64,000 bases of DNA from Camelus ferus (GCF_009834535.1 NC_045697.1:54500001-54564000); one strand, 5' to 3'. Counted from the first letter of the stretch, positions 12,001 to 25,708 are shown. The notes: generated by a model from the letters alone, not told the origin. Program-made: numbers and translations.

Positions 12001-12364
12001 TTTATTTTTATTTTTTGGCTATTATAGCACTCCCTGGTGGAGCCAATGGCAAGGCATAAAATAAGTCAAGAATGTTTAGAGTCCACTATCTTATAATTGG
12101 AAAAATGAAGACAGAAAATTTGTTTTCTTGTGATCTTGAGGGGAAAACAATCTCTTAACCTAATAATCCTTTCAACTGTAATGAATATTACCAAAAATTC
12201 ACTGTGATTGTGAATATATAACCATTTAGTATACAATCACTAGATATGGGTTTAACTATTTTACTTTTAACAAATTTAAAATTTAACCAGGAAATTGCCG
12301 TCCTGGGGGTCACAGTAAGTATTCAGTAGGTAATTTGTTCATTTTTCTCTTGCCATGTCTTAGC

Positions 12365-13770
12365 TTTATTTATTTAATTAAGATATATATTTTCAAGAGA
12401 GTACATAAAATATGAATACACAGCTTAAGAAATAATTTTAAAGTAACTACTTAAACAACTCTCAAATCAATAGAACACTGACAACAGCCCAGAAACTCCC
12501 TTGGTAGTCCTTCCCAGTCACAGTCAGCTTCCCCACATGTACCCTCTGGCAACTAGCATTGTCCCTTTAGTGATAACTGTGTCTTTGTTTTTATTTATAG
12601 CGTTACCACCTATGTATATACCTAAACATTACAGTTTACTTTTGATGGTTTTTTAACTTAATATAAATAGAATCATACTGTACTCTTTGGTGACTGCTTC
12701 TTTCCTTCAGCATGGTATTTATCCATGTTTGCTTATAACCATGCTTCCTTCATCTTCATTGATGTATAATTTACCTTTGCATTAATATACCACTATTTAT
12801 TTATTCAGCCTATTGACTGTGGACAACTTGGGATGTTTTTTGTTTGGGGCAATCACAGTTCTACAAGGAACATTGTATGTATCTCCTAGTACAACTAAAG
12901 TTTATGCCTAGGAATGGAAGTGCTTGGCCATAGGGTATTCACATCTTAAATTATATTCGATACTAACAAAAGTTCTTCCTGAGCAGTAGAGATGTCCTGT
13001 TTTTCCACTTTGCTCAACACTGGTGTAAACAGACCTTTTTTTTAAATTTTGCCAATCTGGTAGATGTGCAGTTATATCTCATTAAAGTTTTACTCTGCAT
13101 TTCCCTCATTACTTTGAAATTAAGCACCTTATATGTTTGTTGGCCACTCTGACTTTCTTTTTTGCAATGTGTCTTTTCAGTTCTTTTGCCCATTCGTCTG
13201 TTGTGTTGGGAGGTTTTTTTCCTCATTGATTCATAAAAGATCTTTATACATTCTGTTCTTACTTGGCTGTATAGTTGCAAATGTTTTCTTCCACTCTGAC
13301 TTGCCTTTCCCTCTCTTTATGATGTTCTTTGATAAAAAGAATTTGCTAATGGTTGAGTACTGAGAAGTATCAATTTTTTGTTTTAAGGTTAGAGTTTTTT
13401 GCAAATTGTTAAAAGTTATTCTCTCGAACCACAAAGTCATGAATATACTCTTCTTTGCTGTCTTCTAAAGCTTTAGTTTTGACTTTCACATTTAAAGTTT
13501 ATAATTCACAAGAAATTTTATGTATGCTAGAAAGTGCCTCACCACCATTTACTTTTTCTGTATTTTTCTGCAGTGCTGCCAAAGTCGTATGTCATATCCG
13601 TATATGTATACATCTCTTTCTGGACTTTTGTTCCTCCTTGTTGTTCTGTCCCTATGCTAGTATTCTGTCTTCATCACTATAGCTGATACATTGTTTTTGA
13701 TATCTGGCAGAATAAGTCCTCCCAATTTACTGTTTTGTAAGAGTGTCTTGGTTATTTTTAGCCCTTTGTA
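12365..13770 (-). mobile_element. Old L1M fragment
   Basis: Antisense L1 ORF2/3' UTR-like text; ORF remnants MREMQSKTLMRY and WKKTFAT. Confidence 0.75.
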
Positions 13771-14052
13771 TTTTCAGTTCTCAAATTTCTAATTTCAAAT
13801 ATGCAAATCTGTCATTTTGCAGTTTCTAGTTGTCCTGCTGAAATTTTATTTTTTATCTATCTGAACATGAAAAGTGTTATTATTTTATAGTCTGTATTTA
13901 ATAATTCCCATATCTGAAACTCTCCTGTGGGTCTCTTTCTATATTTTGGTTTCTGCTGATTCTCATTATCTTGTATCCTTGTGTGTGTGGTTATGTGTGG
14001 TTATCTTTAATTAAATGCCAATACTATATTTGAAAACTTGATTATAGAAATA

Positions 14053-14253
14053 TAGTTGACCCTTGAACAACACAAGTTTGAACTGCATGGATTTGCTTAT
14101 ATGCGGATTTTTTTCACTAAATACATCCTACAGTATTACATGATCCATGAATGTGGAACCTTGGATACGAGGACCAATTGTAAAGTCATATACAGATTTT
14201 AAGCTGTGCAGAAGAGTGATGGCCTAATTCCCATGTTGTTCAGGGATCAACTG
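14053..14253. mobile_element. Tigger2/MER8-like TcMar MITE
   Basis: TIRs AGTTGACCCTTGAACAAC and GTTGTTCAGGGATCAACTG, flanked by TA on both sides. Confidence 0.8.
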
Positions 14254-15519
14254 TAATTTGATGCCCAACATGATATTTTCATTTCCACAGAGTTTTTTCA
14301 TATGCTCTACCAGGCACTTGGGCACTAGTAATTCAGGATCATTTTGACCCACTTACAGAGACTGAAATTTTCTGAGTCATCTATGTGACTCAGAGCTGAG
14401 CTGATTGAACTAGTGCCCTTACTTCCTGTTAACCCTTACTCCAAAAACCCTTCAGACTTGGTAAGTGTGAGTTGGGGTTACCAGAGTCAGAGCCCTGACC
14501 CCGTGACTGGTACTGCACTCCACCTTTGAATCTAGTCCCTTAGCTCTGCTTAGCTTCTCTGTGGCCTCTTACAAATCTGCAAAAAAAGCTCCAGGGTACA
14601 AGTGGTCACAAATGAAAAATTCATTTTCTTTATGAATTTCTATTTTTCTCCCAGATATTAGCCTAATAATTATTCATTAGTTTAGCTTTCTGATGCCATC
14701 CAGCACTTTTTCAAATATATTCTGTGCAGTTTTTCTAAATATTCTCAAGTGAGAATGTTAATCCAGATTACTCAGCCCACTTTATTTCCTAATTTTTGAT
14801 TATGTGTAAAATGTAATTGGTATCTTTGTATTGCTTCTGTATCTGGAAAACTTACCTCTAATGATTCTTGTAAGTTATTTGTAAATTGTTTCGGATATTC
14901 TACATAATCTTCAAATAGGGACAGTGTTAGTCTTTTCTAAGATCTGAATTTTGGTTTTCTTAATCCTCTATTGTACGTTTGTTTTCTGTTTCATTAATTT
15001 CTGCTTTTATCAATATTATTTTTTCTATTTTGTTTGGAGTTTTTTTACTGTTTTTGTTTCTAACTTGAGATGGATACTTACCTCATTCATTTTCAGCTTG
15101 TCTTCCAACATAACCATTTAAAAGTTATAAATATGTCTATATTACTGTAGTATAATTACATTATATTCTAATTACTGTTGTAGCCATATTCCACAAATTT
15201 TGATACATAATAATATTGAGTTAAAATATTTTCCATTTCCATTAGGGGTGGTTCCTCTTTAACTCTTGAGTTTTTCAGGAGAGTGTTTCTTCATTTGTAG
15301 CATAGAATTTTGATTTTAGGGTTTTTTAAATCCAATTTGATATTCTTAGCCTTTTAACTGGAACACTAAAACCATTTACATTTCATGTAATTACTAGGAT
15401 TTATTTCTGCCATTTTATTTTATGGAGGTTTGTTGTCTAGCCTGTTCTATGATTCTTGTTCTCTATTTTCTTACCTTTTAAAATTTGTACTTCATTTTTT
15501 TTATTCCATTTATGCCAAT

Positions 15520-15915
15520 TATTAACTCAATTCTGTATTCTGGAACTTTGAAAACTAACCTCTTTCGCCATCTAGCTTCCCTTAGGTTCCACAAATAGAA
15601 GACACTAGAAGGAGACTGGAAAGCTGGAGAGAGGGAGAAGAGACTGACCATTGCCATTTGCTTCCTGATTGTCAGCATCACCTCAGCAGTGGCTTTTCTC
15701 CTAGTAGTTGTGGCTGGTTCCCAGGCTCTACCTTTTCTCTGGCACTCTGCAGGATCTCTTTTAGGCTTCCAGATTCTAATAATCCTACCCTTTTTCCTTT
15801 AATAGTTGGGACCCTTGCCAGCATTTTCAGTTCTCTCACAACCTGTTTAAGCAATTCCTTATGTTAAATTCTTTCTTAATATAAATGATATGGTTTCTGT
15901 TTTCCTGAGCTATAC
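15520..15915 (+). mobile_element. ERVL-type LTR fragment (LTR33-like)
   Basis: CTAGCTTCC...AGGAGACTGGAAAGCTGGAGAGAGGGAGAAG...GGTTTCTGTTTTCCTGA pattern. Confidence 0.45.
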
Positions 15916-16024
15916 ACATTTTTTTTCTTTACTGGTTTAGTGGCTTTTATCTTTTGGTGATTACCGTGTATTACAACATGTGTGTTCAGACTAAGTCAGA
16001 CTAAAGCTAATCATTTTTACGTTT

Positions 16025-16565
16025 TGAAAGATTATAATTTCCAAAGATGGCCACAGCAATATTTGCAATCTGACATGCTCTTTTGGAAGCTTGTTACCCT
16101 ACAACCACCATCTAGAGACAAAATGTTTTCACATACCTTGAACTCAAACAAGGATTTATGACTGCCTCAACTAATATAACAGAAAGCAGTATGTGTGACT
16201 CTGTATGACTTCTGAGGTTAAACCAGAACAGGCTGTGTGGCTTCTGCTTGGCTGGCTCTCTCGCTCTTGCTCGCTCGCTCTCCCTCATGGAAAGCTCAGC
16301 CCTGGAACCCAGACATCATGCTGTGAGGAAGCCTTAACTTAGCCCCAAGAGAGAAACTGAGGCTCCCAACTGCAGTCACTATCAAGTGTCACACATGTGA
16401 GTAAGCAAGCTCTCAGACCATTCCAGACCTTAGACCTCAGGGAGCAGAGACAAGCACTCCCTGCTGTGCCCTGCCAAGTTCCTGCCCCACAGAACCTGTG
16501 AGTATGGATTGTTTGTGCAACTAAGTATTGGGGTCACTTGTTACACAGTCGTAATGACTGCAACA
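16025..16565 (+). mobile_element. MaLR LTR (MLT1 family)
   Basis: CCAAAGATGGCCAC start, CATGCTGTGAGGAAGCC, CCCACAGAACC, GGGGTCACTTGTTACACAG end. Confidence 0.75.
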
Positions 16566-16599
16566 ACTCTCTTTGCCAGCCTGCATACTCTGATCATGT

Positions 16600-17500
16600 A
16601 TTTTATTTCTCTTAGGTATTTTAATTTTGTTGTCAAATACCTTAGTGTCTTTTAATTCTCTAAGACTTCTTTATTTTGTTTATATAGTCAGTGTTTGTAT
16701 TTATGCACACACACATATCACTTCTTTACTCACACATATATCAGTTTCTTTACTCTTTATTCTCCTTTGTGCGTCAGGCTTACCATCTGGAATGAATTTC
16801 TTTCTATCTGAAATACTTCCTTTAGAATTTTATTTTGTGAGAGTCCACTGGTGGTATACTTGCTCATGATTTCTTTGTCTGAAAATACCTTAATTTCGCT
16901 CCCATTCCACTGAGATATTTTTGCTCAATGGTAAAATTCTAATCCGACTTTTATTATCTTTCAACATATTGGAGATATTTTTTACTCTCTTATGACCTTC
17001 CCCTGTGGCTGTTGAGTCAGCTGTCAACTAAATACTGCATCTTTTTAAAAATATATTTATCTGCTTTCATTTTATGCAGTGTAGTTATTATGTGTCTGGG
17101 TATGGATTTCTTTTATTAATCCTGTTTAGGGTTTGTTCAACTCTTTGAATCTAGATTTGTACCTTTTGTTAGTTCTGAGAAAGTCTCAGGTCTATTACTC
17201 CTTCAGCTATGCCTCTTCACCCATTCTCTTCTATGATGATTCTCATCAAGCATTGTAGACTTACTCTGCCTTCTATGTTTATTACCCTTTCTTCTATAAT
17301 TTTGGTTATATTTTTCAGTAGTTCTATATTTAGTAGTTCTGTTTGGTTCTCTCTTTTAAAACTGCTAGATGACTTTTTATAGTTCCCTATATTCTGCAGA
17401 TATTTTCTAACATCTTTTATTTAAATTGTGAGGGCCATTTTATGGTCTGCCAATTTCAGTTTCTCCAGTTTTTGTGGCTCTTTTCCTGTTGTTTCTCCCA
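16600..17500 (-). mobile_element. Old L1M fragment
   Basis: T-rich antisense L1-like text (TTTGTCTGAAAATACCTTAATTTC, GTGTCTGGGTATGGATTTC). Confidence 0.55.
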
Positions 17501-17989
17501 GCTAAATGTGTTGGTGGTCTTCTATTAGATTCTCCACCTTGGACAGGCCCTGGGCTTTGATCTCTGTCTCCCTTGTCCATTTCTTTTTACTTTATTTCAA
17601 TCAACCACATTGCCTCACCATCTTTAGGAGTCCTTTTTTTTTTTTTTCCAAACGTTCTGTGTTAAGAACTGCATTTCTTTTAGATTGCAGGAATTCACCT
17701 TTAACATTTAGAGATGGTAACAAATTGGCACTCTTAAGTCTCTTGTTGCTTATCTGTATTTGGACTAACTTAATTGTGAGGCCGTTGGGAATAAGAGAAT
17801 AGATCTTTTGTAATCTACACATCAGTTAACACACTAGTATTACAGTAGATTTTAAAGAAGTATTTCACAAACTTTATTGTGGTGTGTTTTAAAAGAGCAG
17901 ATTTCTGGACCAGCCCCCAGAATTAATTCAGGAAGTCTGAGGGCATCTTAGGATTCTGCATATATTCAGGTATCCCAGATAACTCATTG

Positions 17990-18225
17990 AATTTGTTTGC
18001 TAGGACTGCCATAACAAATAGCATAGACTTAGTGGCTTAAACAACAGAAATTTATTTCTTACAGTTCCAGAAGCTGTAAGTCTAAGATCAATGTGTCAGT
18101 AGAGCTGATTTCTTCTGAGGCCTTTCTCATTGGCTTTGTTGATGGTTGTCTTCTCCCTCTGTCTCACATGGTCTTTCCTCTGTGTGTGTGTCCTTCTCTC
18201 CTCTTATAAAGACACATCTTTATAA
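17990..18225 (-). mobile_element. MaLR LTR (MLT1), preceded by a MER5A-like fragment at about 17885-17985
   Basis: TGCCATAACAAATAGCATAGACTTAGTGGCTTAAACAACAGAAATTTATTTCT is the canonical MLT1 antisense end. Confidence 0.8.
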
Positions 18226-19189
18226 GATGTTGGAAATAAGTAGACCTTAGGAGTATATTCTAACGTCTTCATTTTTTCAGATGAGGAACCAAACATCCAA
18301 ATAATTAGAACTAGGAGTAGACTATAGCTATATCTTTTGATTCTTGGTTGATTGCACAAGTGATTCCCAATTTGAAAGACCATCAAAATCAATTTAGAAC
18401 TCTTTTCAAGAAAAAAAATTATGAAGAAATGTCCCTGAGGTTTTGATTCAGTGGATATAGTGTGGGACTGAAGAATTAGTATTTTTAAGGAATTCTGAGT
18501 GATTATAATCAGTCTCATACTGTGTTTTACTTGTGAAATGGGTGATATATATAGCCTTTTACCATCCTTGTAAGTTAATGTATTTTTACAAAAGGAGGTA
18601 TGGGTTAAGTTTGAGCCAGCAAAAAGACAACTTAAGAGAAACATAAAAATGGATAAACTTCACTTATTTCCAGTAACAAAAAAAATGTAATGTAGAAAAT
18701 TTCCATTGGAAAAGGACTTATAGTACATTTCATATCTCTGGTTTTTAGCTAGATAATTAAAAAGACTTCTGTTTGATAAATTGGTCAAATTAGATTTTAA
18801 CAAAATCTATTGAAGCTTCATTGGAATTGCTAGAATTTAGAACTAGAGAATCTGCTGTGGAGATTATGGAAAGGGAAATATATTTAATTGGATCCTAGGG
18901 AAATAAAAGCTCTATTTAGAAAGGACCACATGCTTTCAACTTATATAATTGCATGGGAATGCATTATCTGTAAGTTACCCTCCCAGCCATATACTATGAT
19001 TTCCTAGTGAATTGTTTTCATTCTGATATGATAATGAAATTGTATGCTGCAGTGTTTAATTCTGATGTCCAGGTAAGTAACTTGGTAGTCAGAATCAGGA
19101 AGATAGAGATAGCTTTCTTTAAAAGTATGATCTTCCTTCTGAAAATAAGAAATTACCAAGATACATGAAAGTAGTTTTTCCATTTTATT

Positions 19190-19251
19190 TCATGCAATAT
19201 GTAGATTTTTCTTCAACCTCTCTCTTCTGTCTTCTGTGGTGGATTCTTGGC
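19190..19251 (-). CDS. STAP1: STAP1 coding exon 9 (terminal)
   Basis: Minus-strand CAG acceptor; (G)QESTTEDRRERLKKNLHIA then TGA; similar to the recalled human C-terminus ...LKKNPHIA; 62 nt completes the frame. Confidence 0.92.
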
Positions 19252-20199
19252 CTGATAATTGTGGGTAGAAAAGCTTGATTTTAATAAAGAACCAGTATTG
19301 AAGAGCAGGACAGTTCATTCTTTTCAACATCAGTTGATTTTCCTGCTTGTATATGAAGCATTGCTGGTGTGTTTAATAAATGTTAGGTAACTAAATACTG
19401 AATATTCAGATGCCTTTTTAATTTGTATTTTATCCTAGACCTGTAACTTGTTTCCTCATAAGTTTTTCTCTAGCATTTTTTTCTTCCTAGCTAATTTAAT
19501 GTTATTTATCTATCCTACCGTATTTTGACATTGCTTTTAGTTTATACTGATAATTTCTGAAGTTGGGAAAAATAAATTGAGGAAATATCTTTGACTATTG
19601 GTTCCATCAGTGCTCTTGCTTCTGGTGTCAAAGAGAAAGCTGATTGCTGACATGGGTTTAACAAGGCTCAAAGAAAATCTTTCTTTGGTAGTATTTTATT
19701 GGAAACACCTTCACTTTCTCTTAAGTCTCCAGATATTAACCTTTAGGTGCTCTACAACTCCGAAATTAAAGATAAGGGCTCTGGCATTCCCACTGTGCCC
19801 CTTTTCAGCTAATCAGCTGTGAGTCCACACTCCTGAAACAGTTATAGGCTTCCCCCAAAGTTTCCTTAAAATTTCAGCACTATTTGTCAAGACCAGTTTT
19901 GACCTTTTTGTAGTATTTCTTAGTCCTATTTCCACTCTCATTTACTCTTCCAGTTTACTTTTCCATCATCTTTCTGCTTTTGAAAGAAAATATATTACTC
20001 TACAGAAGATAGTGTGATTATTTGAAGTCTCTCTTCATGTTCCCTTCTAGTTCTGTCTGTTCATCTATCATTCCCTAATCCATATAATAAGGGAATCTAA
20101 AATGCAAAAAGGTTGAGTAATTTGTTCCTGATCACAAAGCAAAAAATCAGTTCAGCCACCAGAAAATAGTAATAGCGAAGACTTTGACAATAAACTAAG

Positions 20200-20945
20200 A
20201 AATAAATCACTGTCAAAGTCCCAGGCTAATTCCTGAGATATACATGTGTGAGGCAGCCCCAAAGCAAAATACCAAAGGCTTTGAAACTGGAACACTTCCC
20301 ACAGAAACAGTAAGGCAGAACTGGTTCAATCTAGTCAGGATGGTTGCCTGCTTAAAAAAAAAAGAAAAAAAGAAAAGAGCCCCAGAGGGTTTTAATAGGA
20401 TCCAGAGGCCCATGACATAGTATTCAAAATAAAATACCCAAGATTACAATTCACATTACTTGGTAGACAGAGTCAGAAAAATGTGACCAGTTCTCAAGGG
20501 AAAAGACAACAGATGCCAACACTAAAATAACCATGATGTTGAAATTATCAAAGATGTTAAAGAGCTATGCTCCATGAGGTGGTGATAAGCACTCTTGAAA
20601 CAAATGGAAGGATAGATATTCTTAACAAAGAAAAGAAGATTATAAAAACCAAGCAGAAATTTTCAAAGTGAAAAAAATATCTGAAAAAAAAGATCCACTG
20701 GTTGGATTCAGAAGTTCTTCAAGTTGAAGAGAAATGATTCCACAGGAAAAAGAGAACAGGAATAGGAGATATCTAGGTAATAATAGACTATTTTTCTCAA
20801 ATTCTTTAATACATTTATAGCAATTGAAAGCAAAAATTAGATCATTTGGTGGAATTTTCAATGTTATATAGATGTAGTACATGTGACAGCTGTAACAAGG
20901 AGGCGGAAGTAAAGGGACCTATATGGTTGCAAGTCACTATTGGTT
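20200..20945 (+). mobile_element. Old L1M 5'/ORF1-region fragment
   Basis: A-rich; CAAGGGAAAAGACAAC, GATGTTGAAATTATCA and GCAGAAATTTTCAAAGTGAAAA are typical of ancient L1M. Confidence 0.55.
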
Positions 20946-21019
20946 AGAAACATGTTACAGGTCAGTCTACCTTCAAGATACAGGGTTTACACAATGCATG
21001 AATACCAGGAAATGAGAAT

Positions 21020-21340
21020 CATGTAACTGACAGAATATGCAAAAGTGATGGGATGTCAGTACCATGGTTATGTTACATTATGTAAGACTCCTCCTTACCA
21101 GTAGATTTACTTAGTAGTCCCTCCTTCCTTCACGCCCACCTCCACCTACTTCATTGCTATCTTTGAAGAAGCCAGCTGCTATGAATCCTAGAACTGCAAG
21201 GAAGTGAATTCTCCAAACAACCTGAGTGAGTAGATCCTTCTTGCTGAAGTCTCAGGTGACAACCCAGCCTAGCCAACACCTTGATTGCAAATTTGCGAAA
21301 GACCCAACTAAGTCAGGCCCAGACTCTTAACCCACAGACA
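21020..21340 (+). mobile_element. MaLR LTR (MLT1) fragment
   Basis: AAAAGTGATGGGATGTCA, CTGCAAGGAAGTGAATTCTCCAAACAACCTGAGTGAG, GCCAACACCTTGATTGCA. Confidence 0.7.
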
Positions 21341-21789
21341 CAGGAAAGGATGAAGTGAGGGGAGAGAGAATATGAATATCTATCACTGGAGATGCAGAAC
21401 CACTGAGAAGATTTTTTTTAAAAAGTTCAAAAATAAACTTGGGTTTGGGTTTCAGCTTCATTTACTAGCTTTGTGTGAAAACTGAAGTGTTGCTTTTTTT
21501 GATCATAAAATAGAAATAATAGTATCTTCCTTGTAAGATTGTTGGGAGCAATAAAATGAGATGATGTAATCCTGGGACTTCACATAATGCCAAGAATGTA
21601 GTAGGTGAATAGTTACTTGCGATGGTCCTTTTGTGTTTCTGGGAGTGACATTTTTCCTCTAGGAAGCAGAGAATGTTGCTTCCTCCTCCAATACTATGCT
21701 TGGGGATTCACCAATTTATTATACCAACATCATCCACTCTGTGCCAGACCCTGGGTCAGAAGATTAATTCAAAGATTAAGGCTAAAATG

Positions 21790-24320
21790 AACCAACTCCT
21801 TGAAAGACTACCAAAATTCTCTCAAGAAAAAAATAATATAACCTGAATTTACCTGCATCTAAATTCAATTAAAGAAATTGAATTCATAGTTTAAAACCTT
21901 CCACCAAAGTAATCTTCCAGCCCATATAGTGAATTCCACCAAGTATTTAAGGAAGAAATAATACCAATTCTACACACATTTTCAGACTATAAAAGAAAAC
22001 AATACTTTTCAGCTCATTTTTTTGATTCCAGCATAACATTAATACCAAAACTAGACAAAATAATTATTTTAAACAGATAATACATATGATCAAGTGGGTA
22101 TACACACAAGGCTGGTTCAAAAATGGAAAATCTATCAGTTGATCACCATATTAAGTAAAAGGAAAAATGATCATCTCAATAGGTGCAGAAAAATAATTGG
22201 ACATAATTCAGTATCCTTTCATCATTAAAAAAAAAAAATAAAACACCTCTCAGCAAACCAGGAATTAAGGGAACTTTTTCAGTCTGATAAAGGGCATTAA
22301 AAATAATAAACTACAGCCAATGTCATACTTAGTGAAAGACAGAATGTTATTCCTTTAAAACTGGGAGCAATGCAAGAAAGTCCACCCTTAACATTTCATC
22401 ATTGTTCTAGACATCCCAACCAGTGCAATAATACAAGAAAAATAATTAAAAGGTATCCAGGTTGGATTATGTGAACTGAAACTACTTGTATTCACAGATA
22501 ACAGGGTTTCTATATAGAAAATTCCAAGGAATCTACCCAAAAAAAGTTTTTAAATGAATAAGTGATATCAGCAAAATATTGGAATACAAGATCAACATAC
22601 AAAAGTTATATTTCTGTATATTACCATTGCACAGTTGGAATTCAAACTTTCAAAAACTACTATTTTAACAATAGCACTCAAAAATTAAATACATAGGTAT
22701 TTAACAAAACGTGTGTGGGATCTGTGTACTGAAAAAGCACTATAAAAGAAATCAAAGACAACCTAAATAAATGGAGGGATATATGTCTTTCTCAGTTGGA
22801 ACACTCAGTATTCTCAAGTTTTTCTGAGTTGATTTATAGATTCAACAAAATCCAAATCAAAACCCAAGAATATTTTTCTGTGATAACATTGATATAATTC
22901 TAAAACTTATACTAAAAGGCAAAGAAACTAGATTGATCCAAAAAAATTTGAAAAGAACAAAGTTGGACTTACACCTCTTGATTTCAAGAATTACTGTAAA
23001 GCTCCAGTAATCAAGATAGTGTGCTATTGGCAAAAGGGTGGGAACATACATCCGTGGAAATTGATACACAAAAATATACTCAACTGATTTTTTACAAAGG
23101 TGCACAGGCTATTTAATGAAGAAAGGATGATCTTTTTAAATAAATGGTGCTAAAAAATTACATATGTAAATACAAATAAAATGAATTTTGACTCATCCCT
23201 CTTACCTTAAACATATTCCAAGTGGATCATAGACCTAAATGTAAAATAGAAAACTGTAACACTTCTAGAAGAAAACATAGGTAAAAAAAATCTTTGTGAT
23301 CTCTTGTTAGGGAGAGTCCTCAGATACAACACCAAAAGTTCAATCCATAGAAGCAAAAATTGACAATTTGTACTTCATCAAAATTTAAAATTTATGCTTT
23401 GCAAAAGATGCCATTGGAAAAAAAAAACATTTTTATATCTTGCATCTGACAAAGGACTTGTATTCAGAATATGAACAGAACTGTCAAAACTCCACCATAA
23501 GAAAACAACTCAATTAAAAATATGGGCAAAATATTTAACCCTATATTTTGCCAAATTACATATATGAATGGCAAATAGCCCATAAAAAGATACTCAACAT
23601 CATTAATCATTAGGGAAATGCATTTTAAAACTAGAGATACCACTATACACTTACTAAAATAACTTTAATGACAATATAAAGTGCTGGCAAGGATGCAACT
23701 GAAATTCTCAGACATTGATGGTAGACATGCAAAAAGGTAGGACCACTTGTGAGAAGTTTGACAGTTTCTTATAAAGTTACATATACACTTATTATATGAC
23801 TCAGCAATCTCATTCCTAGATATTTTACCAAAATGAGGTGAAGACTTAAATTCACACAAAGGTCTGTATATGAATGTCCATGTAACTTAATAATTGCCCC
23901 AAACTGGAAACAACCCTAATATGTTTAAGTTGGTAAATGGATAAACAAACTGGTACCTCCCTACAGTGAAATACTACTATTCAGTAATTTTTTAAAAAAA
24001 AGTGAGCTATATAATACGCACAACACTTGTGTGAATCTAGACATTATGAGTGAAAGAAATCAATGTCAAAAGACTCCATACTGTAATTCCATTTATATGA
24101 CATTCTGGAAAATGCTAAACTATAGGAGTGGAAAATAGATCAGTGGTTGCCAGGGATTATATGTAAGAGGGTTGACTGAAAAGAAAGAACATTACAGCGT
24201 TTTTAAGGTGACAACTTTCTATGTCGTGATTGTGGTGATGGTTGTCAAAACTCAAAGAACTATGCACCAAAAAGTAAATTTTATTGTATGCAAACTAAAT
24301 AAAATTTTTAAAGAAAGAAA
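21790..24320 (+). mobile_element. L1M ORF2-3' fragment in STAP1 intron 8 (antisense to STAP1)
   Basis: Degraded ORF2 signatures AAGGAAGAAATAATACCAATTCTACAC, ATCATCTCAATAGGTGCAGAAAA, TGGATCATAGACCTAAATGTAAAA; L1 3' UTR and A-rich tail. Confidence 0.9.
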
Positions 24321-24479
24321 AAATAGCCCCTGTACATAAGACAAATCACACTTGGAATTATTTATTCAATTCAGTTTCTCCTTTACTAAAAGTTCCAAGA
24401 AGGCCATACTTTATTCTCAACACTAAGAATTTGTAGCCCAAGGATGTGCACCAACCCTTCTCTCCTTAACGTGAAAGAG

Positions 24480-24765
24480 CTTGGGCTAACTTCAGAGGAT
24501 TAGAGAGCACATGAAGGTGGATCAGCCAGCCCTAGCTGACCAGCAGCACTAGATGTGTGAATGAGGCCAACTTGGACCATCCAGCTCGTCAAGCCACCAA
24601 CTGGTTATAGTCCTGTAAGTGATACCAAGTGAGACTAGCAAAAGAACTATACAACTGAATCCAATTCAAATTGCTGATGTGCAGAATCGTAAGCAAATAA
24701 AATGGTGGTTGATTTAACCACCATGTTTTAGGGGTGATTTGTTACACAGCATTAGATAATGTATA
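24480..24765 (+). mobile_element. MaLR LTR (MLT1) 3' fragment
   Basis: AAATAAAATGGTGGTTG...GGGGTGATTTGTTACACAGCATTAGATAA end. Confidence 0.7.
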
Positions 24766-25708
24766 CTATCATCCATGGAGAAGCCAAATTATATTGGATT
24801 CCCCACGCCCATTTTTAAAAAGTCATTTGAGAGATGTTACAAGAAATCCTCTCGTCTCTGAGGGAAAAGAAAAGAAAAGCTTATATTAATAGGACATTCC
24901 CAGAGATTTCTATTAAGTGGTATTTTCCTGCATAAAGCCCAGGTAATGTATTGTGCTGAAATATCTATAATAACATGTTCATCCTTTGTGGTTATATTTT
25001 AAGACAGAGAAGTTCAACGATGAGAGGGAGAAGCTGAAGGCACTAATAATTATAGACGACAAAGAGAGAGACTAAGAGGGGACATGGTGGCTGTTTTTAA
25101 ATATTTGATGGGCTTTTTAAAACCCCATGTTGTTTCAAAGCCAGAAATTGGATTACTATTTATAAGATAAAGGAAGAATGTTTCTGACTCAATGGTAAGG
25201 AAGAATTCTCTAATATGAAAGCTGACTAACAGTGAATTATGCTGCCTCAAAAATCAGTGAGGCAGCTATCATTAGGAATTTGCAAACAAGCTGAATGGTC
25301 ACATTTTAAAGATGTTTTCTGTACTGAGTATGCAGGTGATTCCTATACAAACTGAGACAATATACTGGATAATTTTCTAAAGTTCCTTCAGACTCTGAGT
25401 CTTTTAAAATTATTTGTCATCACGAGATTCATAGCCATGTTTTAAAACTTGGACTTTTAAACTTGCTGTTCTTTGAATTAGACTTTTCAGATATGCCGTG
25501 CTGCAGGTAGCCAAAACAAGTTGTTTTCCCTCATAATTTGTAGGAACAGAGACTTGTTTTGATAACTGAAAACAAACAAGCTGGAGGTATTTTTTCTCTC
25601 CTACTTACAGTTTGTCAAGTGACCATGTGTACCAGGGATTGTTTCAAAGGATGGAGAGAAACTGTCACATCCAGCCTGCCCTGCTTTGCCAAAAGCTGGA
25701 CTACAAAC

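Noticed and set aside
18204..18644. 146-aa minus-strand ORF downstream of STAP1
   Set aside because: It lacks an ATG start, overlaps MIR-like and MLT1 sequence and has no recognisable domain
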